63,290 nucleotides of DNA, filler included, from Octopus bimaculoides (GCF_001194135.2; 7 parts of 7 records of this genome joined end to end with filler, not necessarily neighbours in it), one strand, 5' to 3'. Positions 37,062 through 51,460 are shown, counted from the first letter of the whole stretch. Notes: generated by a model from the letters alone, not told the origin. Made by a program: numbers and translations.

Positions 37062-39117
37062 NNNNNNNNNNNNNNNNNNNNNNNNNNNNNNNNNNNNNNN
37101 NNNNNNNNNNNNNNNNNNNNNNNNNNNNNNNNNNNNNNNNNNNNNNNNNNNNNNNNNNNNNNNNNNNNNNNNNNNNNNNNNNNNNNNNNNNNNNNNNNNN
37201 NNNNNNNNNNNNNNNNNNNNNNNNNNNNNNNNNNNNNNNNNNNNNNNNNNNNNNNNNNNNNNNNNNNNNNNNNNNNNNNNNNNNNNNNNNNNNNNNNNNN
37301 NNNNNNNNNNNNNNNNNNNNNNNNNNNNNNNNNNNNNNNNNNNNNNNNNNNNNNNNNNNNNNNNNNNNNNNNNNNNNNNNNNNNNNNNNNNNNNNNNNNN
37401 NNNNNNNNNNNNNNNNNNNNNNNNNNNNNNNNNNNNNNNNNNNNNNNNNNNNNNNNNNNNNNNNNNNNNNNNNNNNNNNNNNNNNNNNNNNNNNNNNNNN
37501 NNNNNNNNNNNNNNNNNNNNNNNNNNNNNNNNNNNNNNNNNNNNNNNNNNNTATATATATATATATATATGTATACATCAAAGGACATGCCCAGTAGACA
37601 ATGTTTATAGGAAAGATATGTCAAAATGTAACATTACAATATATATATTAGATATCAAATGAGCATTCATGATCTTCCTAACAATAGCGAATTGCAGACA
37701 ATTTGGCTCCATACTTGCTCTGCCATACACTAGTTGTAAGGGCTAATTTCATTGACAAAAAGTAAAGATAAGAACATATTACCAGCATATTATAAATATC
37801 ATTATAAGTATCATCATAATTCGCATCATCAACACATTGATAAGGTTCGTGGAAAAGAATTATGATGATTATGATGGTGTTCATGGTGATGGTGATGATG
37901 AGAACATGTTGAGAACAGTAGTGATGATGGTTGTGGAGCCCAATATAACTATCATTAACTGAAATCCATGTTGTTGCATATGTCATTGTCTATATGTGCA
38001 TTAATCTAGTTTGTTATTGATGCATCTACCTACGTAGATTGAACATGTATATATTATTCCCAGTCTTCCTTAAATTACATTATTACAAACATATTTAGAA
38101 TAGTTTTTCGTTTGTGTTTATCTAACGTAATAAGCCATGTTGTTTTAGCGTTTTTGCTTTATAAGTCATACATAGTTCTTTTCACATTACATAAAATACC
38201 TGCGTATAATTGCATTTACTAAACAATTTACACATAAACACTGTAAATTCACGTATATATCGGGATGTCAGTTTCCCTATCTATCCATCCATATGTAAGG
38301 AAAATGACTGGCTCAGTTAAATGATGACTTCTAATTATCGCTCCAAATATGGACTCCCGCTAAACTCACTACATTCCAACCATGCAAGTTCTGGAAACGT
38401 CTCTTGAATTTGAAGCAAAATTCTAAATCAGAAACTGTGTTTGAAAGTGCTTGCGTATACATACATACATACATACATACATACATACATACATTTGTGC
38501 GTGTGCGTTTGCGTGTGCGGCTGTGTTTATATGTGCATATATATTTTTCTATACTTCTTTACATGTATATAGATTTTTATATATAAATATATATATGTAA
38601 GTCTACAAGCACACACACAAACACACACACACACACACACATATATTATATGTGTGTGAGTGTATACATGTCTACGTGAATGTATGTATATTAATGCGTG
38701 TACTTTGTACATTGTCATACACAGATAATTATATGAAAGGCATTTTAAATCATTTATCAGATGTGTAAAATATTCTTATAAAAATGGGCGTCCGTTACTT
38801 TTAAGTTTCAGCGGCGATTAACTTCGTCAGATTGTCTGACGAAACTAATCAAACAAACGCATATCGCCCCACACAGGAACGCTCATATATATCTAAGAAT
38901 GTATCTATCTTGCCAGGCCGGAACAAGTATGCATAGAGATGTGACCTACTCGCGCGATCAGTAAATAACCTTGTGATTTTGGACAAACAAGTCAAAATGT
39001 TCAAGTCAGCTCAGAGTTATCTCTTTCTTCAATCTTGTACTGAGCAGAATTAAATAGTTCAAAATGCATCTACCTGTCTATGAAGGGCCCTGGAGGCTGA
39101 CAGTTGTATGTAGGAGA

Positions 39118-40005
39118 ATAATTTTCTCTACTGCAAACTGCATATTTGAACAGATTCTTTATTATCCGCTTCTACTTCGCGCATCTACCCAAATATACAT
39201 ATATACGCACACACATACATACATACATACATACATGTGTGAATGTACATATATATATGTATATGTATATATATGTATATATATATATATATANNNNNNN
39301 NNNNNNNNNNNNNNNNNNNNNNNNNNNNNNNNNNNNNNNNNNNNNNNNNNNNNNNNNNNNNNNNNNNNNNNNNNNNNNNNNNNNNNNNNNNNNNNNNNNN
39401 NNNNNNNNNNNNNNNNNNNNNNNNNNNNNNNNNNNNNNNNNNNNNNNNNNNNNNNNNNNNNNNNNNNNNNNNNNNNNNNNNNNNNNNNNNNNNNNNNNNN
39501 NNNNNNNNNNNNNNNNNNNNNNNNNNNNNNNNNNNNNNNNNNNNNNNNNNNNNNNNNNNNNNNNNNNNNNNNNNNNNNNNNNNNNNNNNNNNNNNNNNNN
39601 NNNNNNNNNNNNNNNNNNNNNNNNNNNNNNNNNNNNNNNNNNNNNNNNNNNNNNNNNNNNNNNNNNNNNNNNNNNNNNNNNNNNNNNNNNNNNNNNNNNN
39701 NNNNNNNNNNNNNNNNNNNNNNNNNNNNNNNNNNNNNNNNNNNNNNNNNNNNNNNNNNNNNNNNNNNNNNNNNNNNNNNNNNNNNNNNNNNNNNNNNNNN
39801 NNNNNNNNNNNNNNNNNNNNNNNNNNNNNNNNNNNNNNNNNNNNNNNNNNNNNNNNNNNNNNNNNNNNNNNNNNNNNNNNNNNNNNNNNNNNNNNNNNNN
39901 NNNNNNNNNNNNNNNNNNNNNNNNNNNNNNNNNNNNNNNNNNNNNNNNNNNNNNNNNNNNNNNNNNNNNNNNNNNNNNNNNNNNNNNNNNNNNNNNNNNN
40001 NNNNN

Positions 40006-40056
<51 letters not shown>

Positions 40057-40231
40057 CATACATACATACATACAAACATACATACATACATACATACATA
40101 TATGTATCTATGTATATTGGGGTAGGTGTGCAAAGTAGAAGCAGAAAATAATGAATCTGTTCAAATATGTTCGGAACAAAATTTGAACATGCAAACACGT
40201 TTCATTGCAGTTTACAGTAGAGAAAATTATT
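39118..40231. repeat. Diverged inverted-repeat pair (39118-39205 and 40108-40231) around microsatellites and a gap
   Basis: aattttctctactgcaaactgc..tttgaacagattc..gcttctactt versus aagtagaagc..gaatctgttcaaa..gcagtttacagtagagaaaatt. The right arm has a ~35-bp extra segment. Confidence 0.8.
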
Positions 40232-40747
40232 ATCGTATATCCAACTGCCAATTTCTACCGTCCTTCATACACACACAGACAGATTTTTTCATTCAAAGCT
40301 CGGAACTGCAATGAACTGTCTGTATATAACAAAAATGTATTTAGCAATGACTTTACAATTTTCTTTATGGCCTGATAATGATTATCACAGCTTATATCTT
40401 TTTTGTTTTACCGACATATGTTTTGCTTTAGCATTAATTATACCGGGTTCTTAATCTTCCAAATTACCCAACGGTAAAGCCATTACAATTAGATGATGTT
40501 GGTTACCCTTTCACTGAATTATTGTGAAACTTCAGTATTTGTAATTTTTCGTCAACTATATCATATCTGATTATCTAGCTTCATTGGAATGATTAAAGGA
40601 TGTCTACATGTAGAAGCTCCGCCTTCTAGACATTCCAACCAAATCATGCTTCAATTACACCATACCATCTACTTGAGGAATGTTATATATTAGATAATAT
40701 AAGAAAACTGCAATAACTATAACCGTAACTATGTGTTTATTACTGGA

Positions 40748-40946
40748 AATATTGGTTCCAAGTTTGGCCATAAGTCTCGCAATTTCGGGAGAGGGTATAA
40801 GTCGATTAAATCGACCCCAGTGCTCAGCTGCTACCTATTTTATTGACCCCGAAAGTTGACCTCGGTGGCATTAGACCTCAGAACGTAAAGAAAGACGAAA
40901 TGCCGCTAAACATTTGGCCAGGCGTGCTAACGATTCTGTCAGCTAG
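40748..40946 (-). mobile_element. SINE type C, near full length
   Basis: Runs from the tail aatattggttccaagtttgg to the head gtgctaacgattctgtcagct. Confidence 0.8.
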
Positions 40947-41479
40947 TAGAAATATTGGCACTAGGTCTGGTTAATCAGAGCTGACCAGGAGCAAAACAAC
41001 AACAAAAATATCTAGACGCATACGAAGCAATTTCTGAATTACTCTCTGTCTCAGCAACGGCAAAGTGTAGCCTTGATGCGTGTTTATATATTCTCTACAA
41101 CTAATGATCCTTTGAACGGTCAGCTACAACATTACTGCTATTAAACTAAGCAATCTGTCTGTGTCCCTTCGCATGATATGATAACACATATCATGAGAAC
41201 AAGACATGATAATTTTGATTCGGTTACAATGATATTTAAATCTATTCACGAAATCAATGCACTAGAGATTCTAATTAAAGCAGTTCATTGTTTCAGTTAG
41301 ATAAATAGTCGATTGTTATATTCACGCTAAATATGGACTAAACCTACGCTGAGGTTGTGTATATCATTCAAATTTAGTATAGTAAAGCTTAAAACAATAT
41401 TTCTCACTCTCTAAATCGTTACAATGTATATGTTCTGTGTTCATTCGATGTATCCTTCTAAGGAAGATGTTGGCTCCTA

Positions 41480-43327
41480 ACAAAGATACAAAGCTCCATC
41501 TATAGAATATAGATATCAAAAGTAATGCAACATTTCAAACTTGAGCACAGTAACGCATATTTTTACTGTTCTGCTAACAGATTGTACTTCAATGTGCATT
41601 GTAGCTGTTTAATTTCTTTTCTGAAAACCTTAACTTTCCCATAGTGTCACTTTAGAATTTACTCACAAAATGAAATGCAACAAATTACTTTTTTTTGTAT
41701 AAATGTGGATTTCAAGTCTGGCCGTATGAGCTGGAGGTTTTTAAGCAGTTGTCTGTAGTTATTTCCAATTTCTTCATGATTTTCGAATAATTATTCACAT
41801 AAGGACAGATGATCTCTTTAGCGGTACATAATTTTCCTCGTCTATTCCAAAAGACAATATCCGATATGTTATGCTTGCACTTGGTAAACTTTGTCATGCA
41901 AATGATCAAATAATATTTCTTGATTTGGTGTTTATGCATATATTTAGTAACAACGGGATTCTTTAAATTCATTTTAGAACAATCCCACTTTTTACAGAAG
42001 CATTGTACATTGTTTTAGTTTAAACGCGATACTGAATTCGGAAGTAGTATCATGATGACACCTTTGGGCAACTCCTAATCACATGTATGTTGTGTTCGAA
42101 AGAAATTTGTTGACGATAATTTCGGTTGCATCTTGGGAATCCAAGGAATTCTCTGTGTATTCTGTTCATTGGGTATTTTGTAGCAATCCCGTGCACTTCG
42201 ACTGCAAATGCATAAACTTCGAAGTATGATGTAAGGTAAAGGTTACATGTCGAAGAGATGTTGTCGATACTAGCACCATCCAGTAAACATAACTGTGCAT
42301 GGTCCTTTTGATATGATGAGCATATCACATCCAGATCTTCTTTGAAGTATGTTACTCCCGTTGCTTTGGAGTTGTATGGGAGGTCGACATTTGTCGCTGC
42401 CGACAGAAGGTATGCTGTTCTTTTTTCAGCAATAGGTTTATATATTTAATTTTGCTGCTGTTGTTGAAAAAGTGCTGTCTGAGAGACGCTATAAAACACT
42501 AAAAAACTCTTTGAACTAATGTCAAGATTCTCCTTCCTTTATCTCTTTTTAGGTAGAGCTTATCAATATCACTATTTCTAAAGACAATTCAAGTTGAGAT
42601 CAGCATCTTGCGTGTTTTAAAGTCCATGCAGAGGATTTCTCCAACAGACCAGTCAAGTATCGCTGGAATTTAAAATTAATTGTGGGATAAGGGGTAGGTT
42701 TCCACTACGAATTTATTTCAATTAGGTTTGGTGAAATATTCTCAGGTTACTTTAACTTTATTCACAGAAACTTCGTACATGTTTTCATCAATGACTTGTT
42801 TTTGTAGTAATCTTTGCGAGGAAGAGTACTGAAAGAAAAATCGTTGAGACACAGTTTTTTCTTTGTTTGGGGAACTGATTTTTGCAATTTCAGTAATCAA
42901 ATATGAACGTATTTTTTCTTTGCTAAATTCCATTCTTGCATCAGCTGAAAGGTAATTAACTCAGTTTGCTTTTGGCATTGTAAACAATTTTAGCATAATT
43001 CTTCAAGTTGTCCACAAAAACCAACCAAAAAAAAAAAAAATGAGTCGCATTTGTATCTCATGCAGTTGCAGACCCTAAGGTGTGGCCACTGGATTTTTGT
43101 AGCCGAAATGATAACACAGGAGAAGAAATTTGAACATTATTTCTGTTGCCTTTGCTTTCTCACTTGATTTAAACTAAAATTGGCGTGTTGATTTCAAGAC
43201 TACAGTTAGTTTTCTTCTAGCATGTCCAGGTTCTTTTTTTTTCTACAGCTTACTCTGATTAAGCACAATTGTATTTTTGTCCGTAAGTAATTGGGTTGGT
43301 CAACTGGTGTTCTTATTTTATTGATAA
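41480..43327 (-). mobile_element. 3' half of an old R4/Dong-like element (RT C-terminal part and downstream region)
   Basis: HFF..FVDNLKNYAK resembles HLLFMDDLKLYAK. Also FSADARMEFSKEK and IPAILDWSVGEILCMDFKTRKML..SDIDKLYLKRDKGRR, which resembles LDRKTRKLL..ADVDRLYLPRKEGGRG. Confidence 0.75.
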
Positions 43328-44285
43328 CACTGGGAACAATTTCGAAAACAATTTGTTGTCTTGCTTTTTGCAATTGGCTTTACCTAATTTGATGGTGCTG
43401 AGTTCAGAAATGGCCTCAGATATTTTCTATCGTGTCAAAATTTTTGGTAAACAGGAATTCATTTTTTACCCTAAAAGGTTAATTTTGGCATTAAATGCAA
43501 TATTGAAATAAGAAACTAACGCAAATCCAATAGTACGCTTTTTGTTTACCAAGTATATTACACAAAGTCTTTAATTACACATCTTAGGATAGATATTTCT
43601 GTGAAATTGGAATTTCAGCTACTCAAAGAGTGAACTTTCCTTTTGTTGCTTTGCATGAATATCATGCATTATGACAGTATGTTTGTAGAGGCCAATAGTA
43701 GTCAACCGTCCTGATTGTGTTCTATCTGCCTTCATACCAAGACTCTATGGTTTCGATGTATTGGTAGAATATTTCTCCTTACCCATAACTTATAGTAGTA
43801 TGTTTTCAGTGAACTAGTCCAGATGACTCTGCAGGAAATGCATTTTTATACTCATGTTGCATCCTAGTGCTCGAAAGCTGGTTAACTAGGTCTGCACAAT
43901 CTCTTCATAATTTTATGACATCCTGCTCCCCAGGAGGCCAGACATAACTGCAGTAAAACAATTTCATGCTTCTTTTTGAACGCCAGTCATGGTCTCCAAA
44001 AACTGTTCGCCCTGCAACAGCCACCTAATCTGTTATCCGTCAAACGCAACGAACTTAATTCTCTCACATGTCCAAGCTGGAATCTTTCTGCTGAATTATT
44101 TGAAACAGTTATTATTGTTTCAGTGTATCAGCACATAAATTACACACTGGGGTGTCCAGGCTTTGTCTTCATCGCTCAGTTTCCTGTCAAAGTAAGTAAG
44201 GTAAGCTTTCTTAACAAATTTTGCGATTTTGTTTCGCTACGTAAGTAAAGTGTAAAATCCACAAATATAATAGATTTTCCAGGTT
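43328..44285 (-). mobile_element. Internally deleted Chapaev3-like (CMC superfamily) DNA transposon; one TIR visible
   Basis: YYICGFYT..KFVKKAYLTYFDRKLSDEDKAWTPQCV (N-terminal Chapa-type region) is fused directly to the C-terminal part: KFVAFDG*QIR, LGCNMSIKMHFLQSHLD, GEIFYQYIETIESWYEGR and DYYWPL. Terminus CACTGGGAACAA at 43328 is preceded by TAA. The family assignment rests on recalled motifs. Confidence 0.75.
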
Positions 44286-45330
44286 TTTCCGCCATCTGAC
44301 AACAGTGTCCGGCATATCTCTACACTCCCTCCTTCCGTCTGCATGTTCTTCAGTCACTGTTGCTGGTCTCACATTGATCCCGGAGGTGTTCGTTGAAGGA
44401 GCTTGTGGATAATGTTTAGGCAACCGATGAGTCAATAGTTTTGTGTCAACAATTCGGTTTGTTAGTCTAGTTTTAAATAATTCTTTTAAACACATGCATT
44501 AGTGATTTTCTGTAGAGTGTCAACCTGTTGTACCAGTTTCCAAATATTAGGTCATTTCTATGTGCATTCTCATGCAAGATTAGAATGCCTCATGATATTT
44601 TAGAGAATGGTACTGTTTTCTTTCCTCATCTCCTTCTGTAATACCTGTGGATTGGAAGCAAACTTGCAATTTATATGGAGGTCCTCGAAACTTTTTCTAG
44701 TGTAACTAAATTTACGCCGAGCGTCCTGAGTTCATGCAATTAATAACAAACATTACCCCGAAGAAATTCACGTGAAGTTTCGCTCTAGTCTTCTTTTTTT
44801 TTTTACATAAAATATAGTTGTTGAGGTTTGAAACCCTTGCATTTTATTACCTGGTTAACCATACAATATTCTTCAAGTTTTCTTTTCCATCTCAGTTGGA
44901 TCCGTGTAGTAATTTCTTTATCAGGGCCATTCCGGGCTTCTTCTGGATATTATTTACGAGTAATGACAGCTAAGTGTATGATGGCATTAATTGTCCAGTA
45001 ATAAACATGGCACGATTCTATGTGTTATCCAGTAACATCACTAAATCATCAATAAATTTTAATGTAAGAACAGTTGGATTTTTCTTAATTCTTGTTAAGA
45101 ATGGACTGCTGCCTAACGATTGCTTAGAAAAAAACAGCAAAAACTCTTTTTAGTAACAGTGGTATCAAAATGTTAATCAGAATATATTCAGCATCAGAGC
45201 ATTTCCAAAAGAATCCGTTACATGTAGAGATATATGAGAGTTTAATGATGGCGGCAGCGGTATGTTTATATTATTTTCGATCTCTCCTTTGGCAGATTTT
45301 GGCCGGTTCTCAGTGTTTTGAGATGATCGA
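44285..45330 (-). mobile_element. 5' half of the same old R4/Dong-like element
   Basis: WTINAIIHLAVI, QLRWKRKLEE, INCKFASNPQVLQKEM (resembles QNRLF.TNQK.FYKEL) and KLLQRTPPGSM*DQQQ*LKNM (resembles KAPGPDG..FWLK). Confidence 0.65.
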
Positions 45331-45964
45331 TAAGCATCACAAGAGTTAGAAAAGCAATTACTATCTTAGACAGCCATATTTTCTACAAAGAAAGACGCTT
45401 GCTGTCGAAGCTGATTTGCTGTGAAATAGTTTGGCTGACCTTCATCCTAGTGTTTTTATTTTGTGTCCGATTCATTTCGGCGATAGAAGGGTCATCACAG
45501 TCTTATTCATAACACCGAAGTAGATCATGATTTCAATGCGAAGACCAAGAAACATGAGAAAGCCATGATCGTGCTAGTAAGATTCTACATGGTAAAATAT
45601 ATATCCGAATTGAATAACGCTGCATTGGTAGGTAGAATATATGTCTTGTATTTGGGAAGGAAGACACCAGTCATTAATTTAGGATGGAGGAGTCGACATA
45701 TTTGTGCAAAAAGAAAAAAAATCACCAAACAGCATTTTAAACGGTCCTCCACGCCTGCACTTTCTAATATTGTTAGCGTTATTTTGTATGTATGTATTTA
45801 AATATGTATGTCTTCATCTATTTATTTATCTACTTTTTTTGAAGTACGAATATATNNNNNNNNNNNNNNNNNNNNNNNNNNNNNNNNNNNNNNNNNNNNT
45901 TAATTAATTAANNNNNNNNNNNNNNNNNNNNNNNNNNNNNNNNNNNNNNNNNNNNTATATATAT

Positions 45965-46024
<60 letters not shown>

Positions 46025-46223
46025 GTGTAAATGCATGTATACAAGTATATATTATATACACATTGATATATATGTATATATATATATATGTACATTTAAA
46101 TATTTTTATGGATATATATATATTTAGATATGTATCAATTGGGTGTATATATCTACGTATGTATATATACACAGAGAGATGCACTCACAAACACACACGC
46201 ACACAAAGATACACACACATATA

Positions 46224-46720
46224 CAGGGTAAGATATTTCAGGACAGATCTGTGTTTATAAAGAAACAGATATATAATAACAGATAACTTGATAAAAAATT
46301 GCTGTGAGGATAAAAATAAACCTTATTTCCTATAATGTTATTCAATAAAGCCATCTTCAGCTTCAACAATTGATTCTATATGAGATCTAAATCATCTACG
46401 TGTTCGAATCAATAGGTCCTGTTTCGTTTTGGACATTGCTCTGCCTATGACAGCTTTCAAAGAATATTTGGCGTTATGGGTGTCTTTATCTCTCAACAGC
46501 GCTCCACGTGTAATAGTCCAGTGGATTCAGATCTGGGGAATTAGGAAGCCAAATGTCAAAGGTTATTTGATCATGCAAATTTTCAGCCATCCATTCCTGT
46601 GTTACTAGAACTATGTAGGATAGTGTAGAGTCTTACTCATACACATATCGCCTTCCATTGCATACATACTCCGTTTACCTAGGGTTTAACAATTATTTGC
46701 AGGAACTCAACAATGTATAT
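46224..46720 (-). mobile_element. Tc1/mariner-superfamily transposon, 3' part with TIR
   Basis: VTQEWMAENLHDQITFDIWLPNSPDLNPLDYYTWSAVER and IESIVEAEDGFIE*. The terminus TA-CAGGGT lies at 46222-46229. Confidence 0.85.
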
Positions 46721-48239
46721 ATATATATATATATATATAAATATGTATANNNNNNNNNNNNNNNNNNNNNNNNNNNNNNNNNNNNNNNNNNNNNNNNNNN
46801 NNNNNNNNNNNNNNNNNNNNNNNNNNNNNNNNNNNNNNNNNNNNNNNNNNNNNNNNNNNNNNNNNNNNNNNNNNNNNNNNNNNNNNNNNNNNNNNNNNNN
46901 NNNNNNNNNNNNNNNNNNNNNNNNNNNNNNNNNNNNNNNNNNNNNNNNNNNNNNNNNNNATATATATACATATATATAAATATATATCTTTGTGTCTGTA
47001 TATATGTATATATGCATGTATGTATGTCTCTGCATGTATATATGTGTGTGAGTACATGTCTGATTTGGTTTTGTTTTTTGTCATACACACCAAGTCTAGC
47101 GTTATGATAACAGAGAATGTCCTATTGCTTGATACATCTGTTATCCTGATCATCCGGAGCACGGATATTGTGTTTATATGAACTTTGCCCTTTGGAAGCT
47201 ATTTCGAAAGTATTTGATTCGGACAATCTAGAGGTAATTAGTTTGAAGCCTATAATTAATGTTCATATCCTGCTATCCATGTATTCCACCGTTTTTGGTA
47301 TCCGCCGGATACGTAAAAGAAACCTTAACCGGCTCTTCAGCTTATCTAGCGAAACAAATAAATATATCTACCATTGCAACGCTTTTTCTATATGATGCTT
47401 GCAATAAATGAAACGTTCTTATTTTTTTTCCAAATGAAGAAGCAAGAAAGAAACGCAGTATATAAATTTGAAATGATTGATTTATAACAAATGTCAAATA
47501 TGTAAATATTTCTTGCGATGTTCAAAGTGTATGAAATAAAAATGTTTTTTCTAACCTGAGTCATATAACCTTTTTTTTTTTGAAGAATTTATGGAGTAAT
47601 ATATAGACAAATAAAAAACGGTAATTTAAAAAAAAGATGTTTCAAAAGTTTTTAGTGTTCCTGTAATAAATTGATGTTATGTGGCTTTAATTAAACATCA
47701 AAAGAAAACCTTATTAGCCCTGACTTTATCTTGTCCATAAAATCGTGTCGGCAGGAAATTATTTGGTGGGTGAAAGCGGGTGCAAAATCACTAATAAGTA
47801 TGCACACAGATAGAGACAAAGACACAAATATACATACATATACACAGCCGTACATACAAACATACACGTTGACACACATATGTATGCAAACATTTATATG
47901 CCATGTACGTACTTTTTCACATATAGAAGCATATGTATATGTATATATATATATATATATATATNNNNNNNNNNNNNNNNNNNNNNNNNNNNNNNNNNNN
48001 NNNNNNNNNNNNNNNNNNNNNNNNNNNNNNNNNNNNNNNNNNNNNNNNNNNNNNNNNNNNNNNNNNNNNNNNNNNNNNNNNNNNNNNNNNNNNNNNNNNN
48101 NNNNNNNNNNNNNNNNNNNNNNNNNNNNNNNNNNNNNNNNNNNNNNNNNNNNNNNNNNNNNNNNNNNNNNNNNNNNNNNNNNNNNNNNNNNNNNNNNNNN
48201 NNNNNNNNNNNNNNNNNNNNNNNNNNNNNATAGATATAG

Positions 48240-48278
<39 letters not shown>

Positions 48279-48345
48279 AGCATATACATATCGACATATG
48301 TGTAAATGTATACATATATTTATTATACGAGAAAAATACATATGC

Positions 48346-48376
<31 letters not shown>

Positions 48377-48764
48377 GAGGGAGAGGGAGAGAGATGGAGT
48401 GAGATGGAGAGAGAGGGAGTGAGAAGGAGAGAGAGGGAGGGATAGAGGGAGGTATAGAGACGAAGGGATAGAGAGAGGGAGGGAGAGAGAGAGATACATC
48501 CATATATATTTCAATATATACTTCACAAGAACATTTACATATGACAAAATTTTATATCCGTTACGGATATATCAATACATTCTATATAATTATATACTGT
48601 CCCTCACACATACACACCGATGCCCACGATATATATCTACATACATATAAATGTGTGTGTCTACGTGTGTGTGTGTGTGAACGAAAGCTTATGTCTACTT
48701 GATATTTCTGTATTGTACATCATGCACCCTTTCCCCTTCTGTAAGAAAAATGCTCCCAATTTTA

Positions 48765-49680
48765 TAAGCTTATCACCAAGTTTATGCGCTTTAACACATC
48801 TGCTACAGCGTAACGCAAGGAGATCAACCAAAAATATTATATTTTAGTCGTTGTCAATCAAAATAGCAAACAACCTAGAAAGAAATGACGTTCGTATACT
48901 TGCACAAAATATATTTTAACAATGCTATAAGTATTTGTTCATGTCAGCCAAAAACTGAAGCGAGTCCGATTTCATGCCATCATTATTATAGAAAGAATCT
49001 TGCAAACGTCGTTATAAAAGGTAGTCTGATGTGACAAAATGACGGCTATACGGTGTATGTGACATCATTCACCAACCAAGCTCCAGTAATTTTTCACGAG
49101 TTAGCAAAAATGTATGTGGTCTAACGTTTTCATAGTTGAACACGATTCATTTATGATTTGCCAAAATCGTGAGATGTGACAGCAAAGAAGAGGTGTCGAT
49201 GAAGGACCAAATCCAAGCTTTTCTGGCAGTTCCTAAACAGTTACGATGAAATTTTGTTCCACCAGGTATTACAGGACCCCCTGGTCGAACTCTACAGATC
49301 TTCAAGAAAGATGCTCATCTTCTAAGCTGCAGTTTCCGGCTGGGAATTTCTGGAACCACAGTTGACACTGGCTTGCGCTTATTGTCCAATCCCCATATAC
49401 TGCATTAACATTCTTTACATTTTCCGTTGCGCTGTTACCTTTATTCAACTCATAAATCAAAATATGCCGAATGTGCTCCTTTGTGACTTCCATTATAGCT
49501 ATGAAAAAATAATTGTTAACATCGAACTGCACTGTTCAAAATTGCTGTAGGAATAACCAGAAGGTAAAATTACTAACTGCTATTCTAGCAAGTTGATTCA
49601 GATAGTTTATCCCACTCTCTTCCGACTTTTAGTTTATGCAATTGAAAAACACCATTATTTATGGTATGTCCTAATATATA
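48765..49680 (-). mobile_element. Internally deleted mariner element
   Basis: HTH region MEVTKEHIRHILIYELNKGNSATENVKNVNAVYG..QLWFQKFPAGNCSLEDE. HTPYSRHFVTSDY resembles HPPYSPDLAPSDY. A TIR-like TATTAGGACATACCATAAATAATGG is at the right end. The left end is approximate. Confidence 0.85.
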
Positions 49681-50421
49681 TATATATATATATACATGGG
49701 TGACTATATATTTTCTCATCTCTCTCTCTCTAGATAGAAAGATAACTAGATAGATTGTAGTATGATTATATTACAAGCAAGCAAATTTGTTTTGTCTTAT
49801 TCGTCTTAATTCAAATTCTATTCATGTAACTATGCTATATGCGGTATATATAGAGATCTAATTTTATTATCTAAGAAAGATTATTTAAAAGCATCTAGCT
49901 AAAGGTGAATTTAATATTGTCATCTCATCTATAATGATAATTTGAGTAAACTATTACTAGCAAAAATAAACCTAGGTTTTCTAAAATGCAATTACATAAA
50001 TGAAAGCTGACATACGTAAACACACTTCAAATAAGTACATTGTTTATAAATCTGATCATTATTATATCTAAAACTGACTATTTTCTCTTACTGATTGTAT
50101 GAATAGTATTTATTTTCTATACGTTATGTGTTGACGTGTGTTGACACTAATAGTCCGGAAAGAATATTAAATAGTGCTTACGTCCTATAATATTTCTAAT
50201 TCTCTTTGTCAAAATGGAAATAAATGTTGAAAGGAGAAAATTAAAGCAAAATATCTGAGTCTCACATTTGGTATGACCATGCATTTTCAATTAATATGAG
50301 TGAGAATTCTCTCACATACTGTAAGAAAGAATACATATTCCAGACTGATAGATAAATTATATGTAGACGATCTTATAGCTTTTATGTAGGCCAGGGAAAA
50401 TCAAATCATATTTCGATTATC

Positions 50422-50486
<65 letters not shown>

Positions 50487-50560
50487 GAAAGAGAGAGTGA
50501 GAGAGAGAAAGAGTCGAGAACAGAGAAAGAGAGATAGAGATAGAGAGAGAGGGAGAGAGA
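50422..50560. repeat. (GA)n microsatellite
   Basis: Direct reading of the sequence. Confidence 0.95.
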
Positions 50561-50961
50561 ATGCGTTAAAATTATCTAAAATGCAAGTAGATATTAATAG
50601 TAATAAGCATTTTAGATTTATGAGTACATAGCGTATCGTCGTGAAGTTAAATGTAATTTATAGTGTTATGATCATAATTTTGAAACTATGAAATATATAC
50701 TCATTCATTGCCTGAGAATAACGCAGAATACTAGAATAATTAATTCTCTAACTCTCTGATACTGTAGTTTAAGGAAAGGATGTTATATATATCCACAAGC
50801 CCATACAGTATACACTTCTGACCTTTAACCTGGTTCGCATTATATTTGTAATTATACGTATGGTAACTGAGTATTATATACCTCGACAATGTGAAGCCTC
50901 AGACTCTTCATGTCCTATTTTCTATCTATATTGAGGATCTGTCTATGATATAATTATTCCT

Positions 50962-51160
50962 AAGGTAGGGAGCTGAAAAAATCGTTATTGTGCCGAACTC
51001 GATGCTTAGCGGCATTTCGTCTATTTTTACGTTCTGATTTGAATTCCGACGAGTTCGACTTTGTCTTCCATCATTTCAGGGTCGATGAAATAAGTACCAG
51101 TTGAGTACTGGGACCCAACCTCGTAGTGTGTGCCAAAATTTGAAACCAATATTATTAGTA
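50962..51160 (+). mobile_element. SINE type C, near full length
   Basis: Head ggagctgaaaaaatcgtta..gcttagcggcatttcg, core gactttgtcttccatcatttcagggtcgatgaaataagtacc and tail ccaaaatttgaaaccaatatt. Confidence 0.8.
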
Positions 51161-51386
51161 TTCCTTCGTTAAAGACTTAGACAAGTGATCGATTGCATGA
51201 TCTAATATGCATGTTTGACAAAAAAATAATCATTTAAAACAAGTGCAATGAAACGGATTATTAAATATTACATGAGGTCAATGAGATATTAGAATATGAT
51301 ATTATTATTATAAATCTGAACAAGGAACAATATAATTTTATTTGTATCATTTCAAATTGTAAATAGGTGACAATTTGATTAAGTGA

Positions 51387-51435
<49 letters not shown>

Positions 51436-51460
51436 TATATTATATTATATACATATTTTA

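Noticed and set aside
44521-44540. Possible right TIR of the Chapaev element (ttgtaccagtt)
   Set aside because: LINE protein motifs continue through this position to ~44290, so the similarity is likely chance.
41712-45500. Initial impression of a GVIN1-like or MULE pseudogene
   Set aside because: Alternative frames give ordered RT/RLE motifs of the R4/Dong-like family.
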